Part shown: in pieces, positions 52,001-64,000 of the stretch
Layout: each line of letters opens with the position of its first letter
Position numbering within the stretch: the stretch's first letter is position 1
DNA from: Octopus vulgaris
Lineage: Eukaryota
Length of the DNA: 64,000 nt
Assembly (NCBI GenBank): GCA_951406725.2
Contig: OX597815.1
Coordinates: forward strand, 26,908,001-26,972,000
Direction of reading: 5' to 3'
Notes under the pieces: generated by a model
What the model saw: the letters and a program-made list of their open reading frames with translations, nothing else
The model's database searches: none
Told to the model about the DNA's origin: nothing
Program-made: the position numbers and the translations under genes

Positions 52001-54153
52001 GGTAACACCTGATGCTACAAGAATACGGTACAAAGCAATCAGGATGTTGTTGTTGTTGTTGTTGTTACTGTATCAGCTGTGATCAAGCAAGTGGCGCTTA
52101 ATGTACACATTACCAATTACTTTCACAACATCTATACACCAGACACTGTCCAATCTATGGAGAATTCATCTCATTCTTATTTTAATGATCTCTTACACAG
52201 GCATGCGAAGCATAATGAAATGTAAAGGAGGAGTTGTGATATTCATCATCATCATCATTGTAATCGTCGTCACCATCATCATCATCATTATCATAACCAT
52301 CATCACCACCACCATCATCATCATCATCCTCATCATTTCTGTCGTTGTCATCATCGTTGTCATCATCACCTTCATCATCATTATCATCATTATCATCATT
52401 ATCATCATCATCATTGCCATCATTGTCATCATCATCTTTACCACTTTACGTCCGTTTTCCATGCATCATGAGTTGTGTGCTTGAACAGGAGCCAATGAAT
52501 CAGAGGATTGCACTAGGGTCCAATGTCTGTTTTGCACTGGGTGCTTTATACATGCCCAGCACAAGTAGATCATCAAGCAAGACAGGACCCTTCGAGCAGG
52601 ATTGTAGTATTGAAGTGGTCTTATGCCAGGTGACGAAAAGTTAAATTATGAGAGAAAGACAAGAACAGGTCTCTTGTTGTAGAGAAAATCTTCCTTAATT
52701 AACTTTGACAGTAAAATGTTTGCTCAAAGTTTTTCTTAATATAATGTTATTCTCAAACAAATCACTTCACCAACTAAGAACAGCCACTCACCAAATCTCA
52801 AAAGAGAACTATTAATCTGTCAACCTTACTGGTGTCATGACGGGGTGAGCTTTCCATAATGAATTAAATTAAGCCACAATCACTAGCTTTGATCGTGCCC
52901 AAACAGTCCTCTCAGTAGGAATGAATGATAGTTTGAATGAATTATAGGTAGGGGGGCTCCAAAAGGGGTCTCAGAGAGTAGCATCCCTGCCTTCCTGAGC
53001 TAGTTTTCCACCACAGTTCTTAAAAATCGTGGTAGAGGCCTTGGTCTCAGGACCACTCGTGTCTAGAAACTGAGGTTGGGAGTAAGCAAGGTCATGCTCC
53101 CCATAGAAAATCCAGCTCCAAAGAAGCCTCATGATAGCAAAGGAGAATGGACACCAGCCAGCCCAAACGTTGGGGTGGGCTGCACCTGCCTACCTTGGTT
53201 GCTATGGCATTGAGGCAGATCCAGCCACTCCACCGTTAATGGGGACAAAACCAGGATTTAAAACACTGAATGATGATGATGATAAGCTGGCTCCCTGCTG
53301 AATCATGAAAGCAAATGTCAGAATGCCTGTTGGTGTCATTTTTAGTCAGAATTATAATGGTATTTATTTTTGAACCTCTGACTTTTATTTTCAATCAAAC
53401 AAAACTCACTTGTCACATACCATAATTGGTGTACACCTAATGACAATTAGTCACTGAAAAACTTCCAATGAAATTATTATACTATTAATCCTTTGGTATA
53501 TCATTTGTCAAAGATCAACCTGCTTCTGTGATTAAAAAAAAAAAGATAAAAAATCTGCTTTAAAATATGCATATTTAGAATTAACCCTTTGATTCCAATG
53601 CATCTAGCATCACCCTTAAGCCTATGATACATATTTCTTGTCTTTAAGTGATTTAAATTAAAACCTTCCATTAAAATTTTACATTAATTTATTTTTAAAC
53701 ACCAGATTAATGATAACCAGGTTATTTTACTAAATTCTTCATTGTTTTAAAACTTACTTTAAATAAAAGCAGTGTATTTCAACAGAAAAATGATAACAAA
53801 AGGATTAAAACCTCCCATCATAATTTCCTGTGAAAACCTGTTATTAAGTTGTATTTCAAAGACTAGCTTAATAATGGGAAAGTTAATTATCTAATGAAGC
53901 CCTCCACATTGTTGAGTATTTAAAAACATTAAATGAAACTCGTAGGCAATATATTTCATTAGAAACATGTCATGGAAGGGTTAATTAGAACACTTGTGAA
54001 GTTTAATCAGGTCAATTAAGTAAGGTACTAGTTTATCAGTTAAAGAAGTTTTGAGTCAATGACAGAGTCACTACAGGGTCTTCTAACCAGCTAGAAATAG
54101 TGACCTAACCTCTATAAAATCACCCAGGATAGTCTGGATAATATAATCTAAGG

Positions 54154-54613
54154 CGGTGCTTATCAAACTATCTGATGTGGCATACCAGCAGTTTTTTTTT
54201 AATGTGTCAAGGACCTGTAATATTTCTTAGTAATATTAATTTACACCAGAAACAATATATATAATGAATATAATATAAGTTAACAATTTTTTTTTTAATC
54301 TTATATTCATTTTGTAAACAAATAATACAATATTACATAAACATTTTAATAAGCATTTTATAATGTTCCTTTCTTTTCTAGAAACTCACTGCATACCGGC
54401 AGCTGATGGCTCAAGGGCCAGCAACAGTCGGGAGTGGCAATAGGCGCAGGAGTGGCTGTGTGGTAAGTAGCTTGCTAACCAAGCACATGGTTCCGGGTTC
54501 AGTCCCACTGCGTGGCATCTTGGGCAAGTGTCTTCTGCGATAGCCCCGGGCCGACCAATGCCTTGTGAGTGGATTTGGTAGATGGAAACTGAAAGAAGCC
54601 TGTCGTATATATG

Positions 54614-54650
<37 letters not shown>

Positions 54651-55010
54651 TTGTGTGTCTGTGTTTGTCCCCCTAGCATTGCTTGACAACCGATGCTGGT
54701 ATATTTACATTCCTGTCACTTAGTGGTTCGGCAAAAAAAAGAAAGAGACCGATAGAATAAGTATTGGGCTTACAAAGAATAAGTCCCGGGGTCGATTTGC
54801 TCGACTAAAGGCGGTGCTCCAGCATGGCCGCAGTCAAATGACTGAAACAAGTAAAAAAAAAAGAAAAAGAGTAAAATAATACAATATTACTTAAACATTT
54901 TAATAAGCATTTTATAATGTTCCTTTCTTTTCTAGAAACTCACTGCATACCGGCAGATGATGGCTCAAGGACCAGCACCAGTCCGTGGACCACCACTTTG
55001 AGTAGCACTG
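54154..55010. mobile_element. hAT-like MITE interrupted by a SINE
   Basis: Ends CGGTGCTTATCAAA / TTTGAGTAGCACTG; TSD degenerate. Confidence 0.55.
54443..54873 (+). mobile_element. SINE family A, full-length copy flanked by a 110-bp direct repeat
   Basis: Family A head and tail; flanks 54320-54429 and 54874-54983 are near-identical. Confidence 0.9.
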
Positions 55011-55360
55011 ATTGAAAGCACAAAATTACTGAAAATGTTAGGAAGGCCATGGTTGGAATATCTTTCATCATGGGTTGGCTCAATCAAGACTGATGGTGAG
55101 ATAAACGTCAACTACTACAACTACAACTATAGTATAGTAAATTGTTTGTCACTTTGTAAGCAAATTCAGGGTGTTCTGCTGGTGACCATCATGATTGTAC
55201 TTAACAGTCAATTGCATATTTCACTGAACTTTATAAACCATTGGTACAGTTCATTACCCTTGAGTAAATTTCCAAACACTTTTACAAGTCAAAACCATTT
55301 CAGTGGAAATACATCTCAATACATCGCAATCACCTTCCTCCTCCTCCTCATCATCATCAC

Positions 55361-55817
55361 CACTAAGAGCACCATCTGAGCATGATCGTTGCCAGGGCTG
55401 CTGACTGGCTCCTGTGCCGGTGGCACATAAAAAGCACCACTCATGCATGATCGTTACCAGCATTGCCTTACTGGCACTTGTGCCAGTGACACGTGAAAAA
55501 CAACATTCGAGGGAGGTCATTGTCAGTGCCGATGGACTGGCTCCTGTGCAGGTGGCACGTAAAAACACCATTTGAGCATGGCTGTTGCCAGTACTGCCTG
55601 ATTGGCCCTCATGCTGGTGGCACGTAAAAGCACCCACTACACTCTCGCAGTGGTTGGCGTTAGGAAGAGCATCCAGCTGTAGAAACTCTGCCAGATCAGA
55701 TTGGAGCCTGATGCAGCCATCTGGCTTGCCAGTCCTCAGTCAAACCATCCAACCCATGCCAACATGGAAAGCAGACGTTAAACAATGATGGCGATGATGA
55801 TGATGATGATGATGATG
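55361..55817 (+). repeat. Family B retroposon copy
   Basis: Internal units, conserved 3' end, (GAT)n. Confidence 0.85.
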
Positions 55818-56666
55818 TACTGCTGAAGTTGGTTCTTCCTAATTTAAAATAATCTAAACTAAAACCTTCAACCAAAATTTGGTGCTAATTTATGTTCTAA
55901 AACAGCAGCTCAATAAGGACTAAATCATTTGAGTAAATTTTTTATTATTTTCGACATAAATTGAAACAAAGGCAGTATATTTCAACTGAAATATCACAAC
56001 AAAAAGGTTAATGTTTAAGATTTAATATCATTGCTTATTTAGAGCAAAAAATAATCTTTATCTTTTAAAAAATCAATAACATTGTTTTTAGAAAAAAAAA
56101 ATGAATAAAATGTGGAAACATTTTTATAAAGAAACTTTGAAGTGCTGAGAGAGTTGGTATTTTACAGAAGGTAAATGCAGAATAGCTGTGAAAACAGCTT
56201 AGAAGATAAGATAAATACCCTTAAAAGATGGGAAAAAAATTTTTCAAGTTGTTTTCAGAGATATTCTGCATTCAAGATTTCCTCTATTTTCTATAAATAA
56301 AATATTTTAAAAATCAGTAAAAAAGGAGTAGTTTATAATATATATAAATCACTCTATGTTGTTGGTTTTCTTTACATGAACACAAGACCTTCCTAGATTT
56401 CTAGATGCCATTATGTTTATGCTGAGAACACGGGCTGACAAAATTGTTAGCATAGCAAACAGAATGTTTTGGGGTATTTAGCTAAAGTATTTTATATTTT
56501 GGATCCAAATTCTACCGAGGCCAATAAAATAAAGTTGCTGGGGCTAATAAAATAAAATACCAGTCAAGTACTAGGGTTGATGAAATCAAGTAGACCCCTT
56601 CCCTTAAAATTACTGGCCTTGTGCATGAATTAGAAATTATGTTTATGCTTTTCAAAAATATTGAGC

Positions 56667-57103
56667 TGGAGGAGAGAGGGGAAGGAGGAAGGAGGAAGAA
56701 GAGGAAGGGATGCAGAAGAGGAGGTGGTAGAGGAGGAAGAAGAGTAGGTGATAGTGGAAGAGGTGATAGAGGAGGGGGAAGAGGAGGAGTGGTAGAAGAA
56801 GAGGGAGGTGGTAAACGATGAGGAGGTGGTAGAGGAGGAAAATGAGGATGTAGAGGAAGAAGTAGCAGAGGAAGAGGTGATAGAAGAAGAGGTGGTAGAT
56901 GAAAAGGAAGAGAAGGAAGAGGAGGAGGAGTGAAAGAGGAAGAGTAAGAGGAGCTGGAGAAGGAGGAGGAAGAAGAGGAGGAGAAGGGGAAGGAAGAGAA
57001 GATAGAGGAGTAGGAGGAAAAAGAGAATGAAGAGGAGATGAAGGAGGACGAAAAGAAAGAGAAGAAAGAGGAGGAAGACAAGGAAGAAGAGAAGAAAGAG
57101 GAG

Positions 57104-57155
<52 letters not shown>

Positions 57156-57160
57156 TAATA
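56667..57160. repeat. Polypurine (GGA/GAA) low-complexity tract followed by (AAT)n
   Basis: Directly visible in the sequence. Confidence 0.9.
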
Positions 57161-57827
57161 ACACAGCAACAAAAAGAAAGGCAAGAGCAGATGGAGGAGT
57201 GTGTGACAATGGCAGTGGTAGTAACAGTTTATAATGGTTGTGGTAAGAAGGTGATGGTAGCAAGATGGTGGTGGTGGTGATGGTGGTGGTGGTGATTAAG
57301 TGAGTAAAGTCCTGAAATAAAATGTCCTGCCATATTTAGTTTCGCTTTTCCATTTCCTGAATTTATAATCCTGTCCAAATCAACTTTCTCTCTCTCTCCC
57401 TCTCCCTCTCTCTCTCTCTGTTTCTCCCCCCCTCTCTCTCTCCCTCTCACATCAACCTTCCAGTTTATGCTATCAAGCATGCGCTGAATTCCAATCCAAA
57501 TTATGATACCTCCTCATCCTTCTCCTCCTCCTCCTCATATCTGGCCTTGTCCCAACGTAGGAAATAATTATCGATGTAAAGGGGAGGCAAAATTCGATCA
57601 GTTGAAGACCCAACCTGCGAGGAACTTGCCTCAAGTCTTTTTGCAATCACCACCAATTTGTAAATTATTTAAAGATTCATGGATGCGGTGCAATCCAAGT
57701 ATTGATTGCAAAACTAAGATGAAATAGATGTTTACTCTGAAAATAATAGCTGCAAGGCATTTCAAATTGTTTTTTTTAATTATTATTTTGTCTTTAATTC
57801 ACCTTTAAAAATCAATAGCAGCATTAC

Positions 57828-57868
57828 AATAATAATAATAATAATGATAATCATGATGGTGATGGTGG

Positions 57869-57929
<61 letters not shown>

Positions 57930-58166
57930 GGTGATGGTGGTGAGGATGATGATGACACTGCCAAAGCTGGCAGCAATGATGGTGATGATGATGGCGATGA
58001 TGGTGATGGTGGTGAGGATGATGATGACACTGCCAAAGCTGGCAGCAATGATGGTGATGATGATGGCGATGATGGTGGGTGGAATGACAATGACAACAAT
58101 GTCAGTGATGACAATAATGGTGGTGATGCGTGTGGTGATGATGATGACGACGACGACGATGACGAC

Positions 58167-58212
<46 letters not shown>

Positions 58213-58395
58213 TGGAGTAGGAAGAGGAGGAGGAGGATGGTGAGGATGGTGATGATGATGATGATGATGATGATGATGGTGAGGATGATGGTGAGAATGA
58301 TGATGGTGATGATGATGAGGGTGAGGATGATGTTGATGGTGATGATGATGATGATGATGATGATGATGAGGAGGAGGAGGAGGATGGTGAGGATG

Positions 58396-58427
<32 letters not shown>

Positions 58428-58520
58428 GATGGTGAGGATGACAATGACAACAATGTCAATGATGATAATGGTGGTGATGCTTGTGGTGATGATGATGATG
58501 ATGATGATGATGATGGCGAT
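57828..58520. repeat. Compound (GAT/GGT/GAG)n trinucleotide repeat with internal 72-bp duplication
   Basis: GACACTGCCAAAGCTGGCAGCAATG occurs twice, 72 bp apart, inside (GAT)n. Confidence 0.9.
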
Positions 58521-59194
58521 ATAAGCAATGACATCAGCAACAATAGCAACAACTGCAGCAGCAAGTAACATTATCAGAGTCAATATCAATAGCACCAACC
58601 ATATCTCAAACTCTTGTGTTGTAATTTAATATTGCAAGCAATTCAATTTGCCAAAACCACATAAACGTCGTTTTTTAAAGGAAACTATTACAAAAGCCAG
58701 AGGAAACAAGATGTAATGTTTCGAACAGAAAAAGACAAAGAAGTCCTCTAAATAGAGCTACACGTTAAAGAAATTTGATGTTACATCATTCAAATAGAGA
58801 TAGAATAGAATTCAAGTTAAAGATTTTTTCCCTCTCTGTGATTGTCAAATTAATTCTAGAAAAACCAATGGAAATAGAAATACGTAGTTTAAACTCAAAT
58901 AAAGATTAATTTATTATTTTTTTACTATATTTTTTTAAGTTGATTGTTATATATTTTTGTCATTGTTGTTGTTTTCTTGTATTAGTTGCACATTTTTTTT
59001 TTCTTTGTAGTTTGTTTCTCTTGTCATAGCAAGTTTTGTAAAGAAGAGGTAAGCTACCATCAAGTGGTATTCACAACCAGCATTTGCTGTTTTCTTTAAA
59101 ATATTTCCTCTTTGCATACCTCATCAATGATTTGTGGGGAAAAGACATATCATGCAGTTTACTTGACCTAATTTTTTTCTGCCTTTAACCCTCC

Positions 59195-60302
59195 AACGTG
59201 GAGTATAGGCCACTTATAATTGAATTCCATGTCACATAATTTTTTGCTTCTGTACTTATACTCTGCCATGAATGTCCCCCTTTCTCTAGTTCCTTTTGTG
59301 TTGATCTACGCCACGAGTTCTTAGGCCTACCTTTCCTTCTATATCCATCCGGATTCCACTGTAAAGCATGTTTCTCTACATTTGCTGTGTCTTTTCTAAT
59401 TGTGCTACCAATCCACTTCCACTTTTTCTTAAATATTTACTCCCTAATCGAAACTTGATTTGTTCTTTGCCATAGCTCCATATTGCTTATGTGTTTGGGC
59501 CATCTTATTTTAAGTATACTACGCAAGCATCTGTTGATGAATGATTGTATTTGCTTATTTGACTTAACTGTTGTTTGCCATGTCTCAGCCCCATACAATA
59601 ACATTGCTTTTACATTAGTATTAAAAATTTTTATTTTGTTCTTTATTGAAATTACACTTGTGCTCCATACTTTTTTTAACAGGTGAAAAGCGGTCCTTGC
59701 CTTACTTATTCTCGTCTTAATATCTTCGTCTGTGCCACTTGAAAACATTATCTTACTACCTAAATACGTAAACTCAGCTACATCCTCTAGTTCACTGGTT
59801 TCTAGTTTAATACGTTCACTGTTTTCTTCATTAACGCGCATAATTTTTGATTTGCTGCGGTTGACTTTCAATCCTAGTTTGGCAGCTATTGCTTCTAAAT
59901 TTAACGTTTTATTTTGCATTTGGCTATATGTTTGTGAAAGTAGCGCTATATTATCTGCAAAGTCGAGATCTTCTAGAGCTTCTGCATCCGTCCATTCAAT
60001 GCCTGTTTGGCTTTCAATCGTAGTTTCTTTCATAATCCAATCTATAACTAGTAGAAATAAAAAGGGAGAAAGTATACAGCCCTGTCGAACTCATGTTTTT
60101 ACTTTGAATTTATCCGTAGCTCCATTTCCATGCAAGTCTCAGCATGACATTCCTTGGTAAGTTGCTCTTATTATAGATATACACTTGTCTGGTATGCCGT
60201 AGTGCTGCATAATTTCCCATAAGCCTTCCCTATCAACACTATCAAATGCTTTTTCGAAATCAATAAAGTTAATATAAAGCAGTGCATTCTACTCTGCGCT
60301 TT
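59195..60302 (-). mobile_element. RTE-clade LINE, 5'-truncated RT and C-terminus
   Basis: FIDFEKAFDSVDR, GCILSPFLFLLVIDWIMK, DLDFADNIALL, FTYLGS, LLYGAETW, WKWIG..LQWNPDGYRRKGRPKNSWRR. Confidence 0.9.
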
Positions 60303-60353
60303 GACCTTACTAATACAAGTCTACATTGTATATCAATATTATTCTTTGAAAAA

Positions 60354-60565
60354 GGCGGCGAGCTGGCAGAAACATTAGCATGCCAGGTGAAATACTTAGC
60401 AGTTTTTTGTCTGTCTTTATGTTCTGAGTTCAAATTCTGCCGAGGTCGACTTTGCCTTTCTTCTTTTCGGGGTCAATAAATTAAGTACCAGTTGCATACT
60501 AGGGTCGATCTAATCAACTGGTCCTCTCCCCCAAAATTTCGGGCCTTGTGCCTAGAGTAGAAAAG
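60354..60565 (+). mobile_element. SINE family C (Meta/MESC-like domain) with 14-bp TSD
   Basis: GGCGGCGAGCTGGCAGAA head, GTTCAAATTC B-box; AATATTATTCTTTG at 60335-60348 and 60566-60579. Confidence 0.85.
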
Positions 60566-60822
60566 AATATTATTCTTTGGGGCTATCATCATCATATCAC
60601 CACCACCACCACCACCACCACCTGTTATTTACATTTCCTTCTTGCTAACTCATATAATCTCTGCTACCCTTTTCTTTCTGTTTTTCCATGACTCTTTGCT
60701 TTTATAGCTCTGTCTACATCTCTGCTCCTCCATCTTCAGTCTTACTTGAACCTCACTCAAGCCACAGATTTGGTCAGTTGCTCTAAACAGGTTCTCTGTC
60801 AGAATTTCCAGTTACCCTCACA

Positions 60823-61560
60823 CAGGGTGTTTGGGGCTAAATTTGATAAATTTTTATGCCTCCTTTTTGCAGGAACAGTTTGATGTATTGGTGAACAGTC
60901 AATGGCATTTGAATGCATAAAGATTAAAGTTACAGTAGAGAAAAGTTAACTAGCAAGGTGGTCTGGAAGTCTTTTCAATAATGGAAAAGAGTTACTGTAT
61001 CAGGATAATTTGTGCTGGGTATCGAAATGCCAACATCCTGGCTGCTACTCACTACTCTATGAACATTGTTAAAGCTGTAAGATGTGTCATCGACAGCTGC
61101 AAAGGAAACTATAAAGTCATAGTAGGAAGGGACACAGCAAGTGTTCTGACTGCATCTGCATACTGGAATTCATCTCCATATTTTTGAATTGGGCCTTAGA
61201 TAGCTATATGAAGTTGCTGGTCAAACCCTAGTTGGAGAGGGTCGCTATTGAAGGTCATATGCATAGCAACAGGATTTGACTCCTTGCCAAACCTCCAGAA
61301 AGAGTCAGAAATGATTTTTGGAGAATTTCTATGATTTCACCAGCCGCAATTTCTGACCTTCTAATTCCCCTGATTGAAATCCTATGGATTATTGATGTGG
61401 GAGTAGGGTTCAGAAAGACACTAATTGCTTTGCCTGCAACAGCAAAACTGTGCAGGTTGCCAAGATCAAGGAAATGATAAAAGATCTCTCCAGGGACACA
61501 GTGAGGAATGCATGCACCAGATTTCAGAGCCCCCTTCAGGCTGTGGTGGAAGCTGAAGTA
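60823..61560 (+). mobile_element. maT (DD37D) Tc1/mariner-superfamily transposon relic
   Basis: CAGGGTG left end; QQD-(37 codons)-D in QQDLTPCQTSRKSQK*FLENFYDFTSRNF*PSNSPD*NPMDY. Confidence 0.7.
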
Positions 61561-61840
61561 AAGACAGACGAGATGGCACTACGTATTTTGCCCAGCATGT
61601 TAATGATTCTACTAACTCTGGAAATGAATGACATTCATTTACAACAATCCCACAATGTCAGGACATGGAAACACAAGCAAACACACATCAGACATACATA
61701 TATACAAATACAATGGGCTTCTTTCAGTTTCTGTCGGTCAAATCCACTCACAAGGCTTTGATAGGCCCAGGATGATAGTAGAAAATACTTGCTTAAGGTG
61801 CCACACAGTGGACTGAACTTCATACTATATACATATATAT

Positions 61841-62243
61841 ACTGGCACTTGTACCCGTGCTAGTAGGGTGCCAAGAGCACCATCCAAGCATGATTGTTGC
61901 CAGAGCAGCCAACTGGCTTCCATGCCAGTAGCATGTAAAAGGGCACCATTTGAGCATGATCATTACCAAAGTCGCTTTACTGGCACCTGTACTGGTGGAA
62001 TGTGTAAAAGGATTCAAGTGAGGTCGTTGCCAGTACCGCCTGACTGGCTCCCGTGCCGGTGGCACGTAAAAAGCACCCACTACACTCTTGGAGTGGTAAG
62101 CGTTAGGAAGGGCATCCAGCTGTAGAAACTCTGCCAAATCAAGATTGGAGCCTGGTGCAACCATCTAGTTCGCCAGCCCTCAGTCAAAATCGTCCAACTC
62201 ATGCTAGCATGGAAAGCAGACGTTAAACGATGATGATGATGAT
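61841..62243 (+). repeat. Family B retroposon copy
   Basis: Similar to 5819-6352. Confidence 0.85.
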
Positions 62244-62889
62244 ATATATATATACATAGATGATGGCTGTTGACTCATTCGATGAGTATAACTATCACTG
62301 ACAAATTATCTTATGACACAGTCAGATAGACAGAGATAAATTTTAAGTTGTTAACCTATCGCTTTTAACTATTAAACTCTACAACTTTAACTACAGGCGA
62401 AATATATCTTATTATTCTCTTCCTGCACAGAACAATTAAGAAAACTGTCTTGAAATGTTTCACAGTTCATTAACCACTCATTAGAGCACAATTATTCCTT
62501 CCATTACTTTGCAAATTTAGAAAACTTACAGCAAATCAAGCATAAAGTAGAACTGGTAGTGTAATTAAATTATTAATAAATATTTATGTGCAACACAGGA
62601 TGTATTAGAAAAGAGTTAAGATAAATTTAAATAAACTAGAGTTTTTCCTTGTGGAACTTGTAGAACAGATGTGAATACATTTTGTCTTTCTCTTTCTAAT
62701 TTGAAATATGTCAGAATAACTTCTTTTGTATCTTCTATAGAGGGACTACGCATCTGTTTAGATGCATAGGTTTGTTCAAGATGGATTACACATCTGTTTA
62801 ACCCTTTAGCCACCAACTCACCTGAAGCCACTTGTGGTTCTAAAATACAAACTCCATGTCTTAAAGTGATTTTCATTAAAACCGAGAAG

Positions 62890-63055
62890 CACTAGTGTAG
62901 CTAGTGTGTGTACCTGGGGGCAGCCCTTCTGTTTGTCATCCCTGGACCCCACAAAAAGCACATATTGCCTACAGCAAACCTAAAAGTGCTGCCCCATTTA
63001 AAAGTGCCACCTGGGGCGGACCACCCCTACACCCCACCCTTAAGCTATGCTAGTG
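62890..63055. mobile_element. hAT-like MITE with 8-bp TSD
   Basis: TIRs CACTAGTGTAGCT / AGCTATGCTAGTG; TSD CCGAGAAG / CTGAGAAG. Confidence 0.75.
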
Positions 63056-63169
63056 CTGAGAAGTAATAGTTATCCTCATTTAAACATGAATGTTCTGTTG
63101 AACTAACAGAATCTAACAGAACATCCACATTAAGTGGGGATAAATATTGGCACTCGGTATTAATATTAA

Positions 63170-63401
63170 GGCGGCAAGCTGGCAGAATCGTTAGCACGCT
63201 GGGAGAAATGCTTTCATGGTATTTTGTCTGCCATTACATTCTGGGTTCAAATTCCGCCAAAGTCGACTTTGCCTTTCATCCTTTTGGGGTCAATTAAATA
63301 AGTACCAGTTACACACTGGGGTCGATATAATTGACTTAATCCATTTGTCTGCCCTTGTTTATCCTCTCTGTGTTTAGCCCCTTGTGGGTAGTAAAGAAAT
63401 A
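63170..63401 (+). mobile_element. SINE family C with 12-bp TSD
   Basis: GGCGGCAAGCTGGCAGAA head; GGTATTAATATT on both sides. Confidence 0.85.
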
Positions 63402-64000
63402 GGTATTAATATTGCCTCATATTACTTAGTTACATATTTCTTAATTAAAACCTTTCATCAAAATTTCACGATAATTTATTATTCCAAAGACCAGTCTAAT
63501 AATGACAAAGTTATTTTGATAAATTCTTATTATTTTCAAAATTTATTGAAACAAGAACTGCACATTTCAACAGAAGTCCAAGGTGAAAGGCTTAAAAACT
63601 GTAGTTTACTTCAACTCTTTAGCAAATGTAAATTTAATCACATTGTTTTGAATTAATCATGCAAAATCTCACATTTTTGAGATTTCAATGATGTGATTGC
63701 TTATTTTTACAATGACATGGTAGGGTAAGTGTGAAAGGCTGGATCTTGCTGGTTTGAATATAGAGCAGATAGAATATTTAGGTCAGATATGGCTGGTTTA
63801 AAGGATTAAGTTTTATCTTAGGTTCTTTTAATACAGACTGTGTTGTGCATAAATGCATGTGTGCACACATGTGTGTACATGTGTGTATGTGTGCATGTGT
63901 GTATATGTTTGTGCATGTATGTATGCATGTAAATGATAATAACAGAATCAATAAAATAGGCAACTGCAGGCCCTGGAAAAGCATCAAATAGCTGAAGGAT

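Noticed and set aside
56512-57263. Ser/Pro/Leu-rich ORFs
   Set aside because: Polypurine low-complexity tract.
57783-58598. Poly-Met / poly-Ile / poly-Ser ORFs of 226-271 aa
   Set aside because: Translations of (GAT)n-type microsatellite; the same applies to 51523-51799 and 52101-52644.
62524-62876. Minus-strand ORF and GTAAGT donor as the tetraspanin first exon
   Set aside because: The ORF starts within a MITE and stops before the donor; the short ATG frame at the donor is phase 2, incompatible with the phase-1 acceptor at 39963.

Overview
AT-rich, microsatellite-dense, repeat-dominated eukaryotic DNA. The SINE types and (CA)/(TA)/(GAT) density suggest a mollusc, probably an octopus; this is inference, not verified. 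One real protein-coding gene crosses the window on the minus strand: a TspanC8-subfamily tetraspanin (Tspan5/14/17/33-like). It has four clean GT-AG exons (39629-39963, 17267-17455, 15728-15916, 6827-6961) and an unusually long Ser/Thr-rich N-terminal region. Its first and last exons were not found. Its introns and upstream flank contain a decayed SKP2-like retrocopy, RTE and CR1 LINE fragments, Tc1 (DD34E) and maT (DD37D) relics, a Gypsy element with an internal inversion, two mini-Helitrons, piggyBac- and hAT-like MITEs, several tRNA-derived SINE families and minisatellites. The most interesting signal is two unrelated short fold-back elements about 1.1 kb apart (37257-37600 and 38613-38860). 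Each carries a pair of mirror-image minimal type I hammerhead-ribozyme motifs, one with a canonical core and one with an apparent G3-C8 swapped core. They resemble Penelope-like inverted pseudo-LTR mini-elements. Most ORFs in the supplied track are microsatellite or repeat artefacts.
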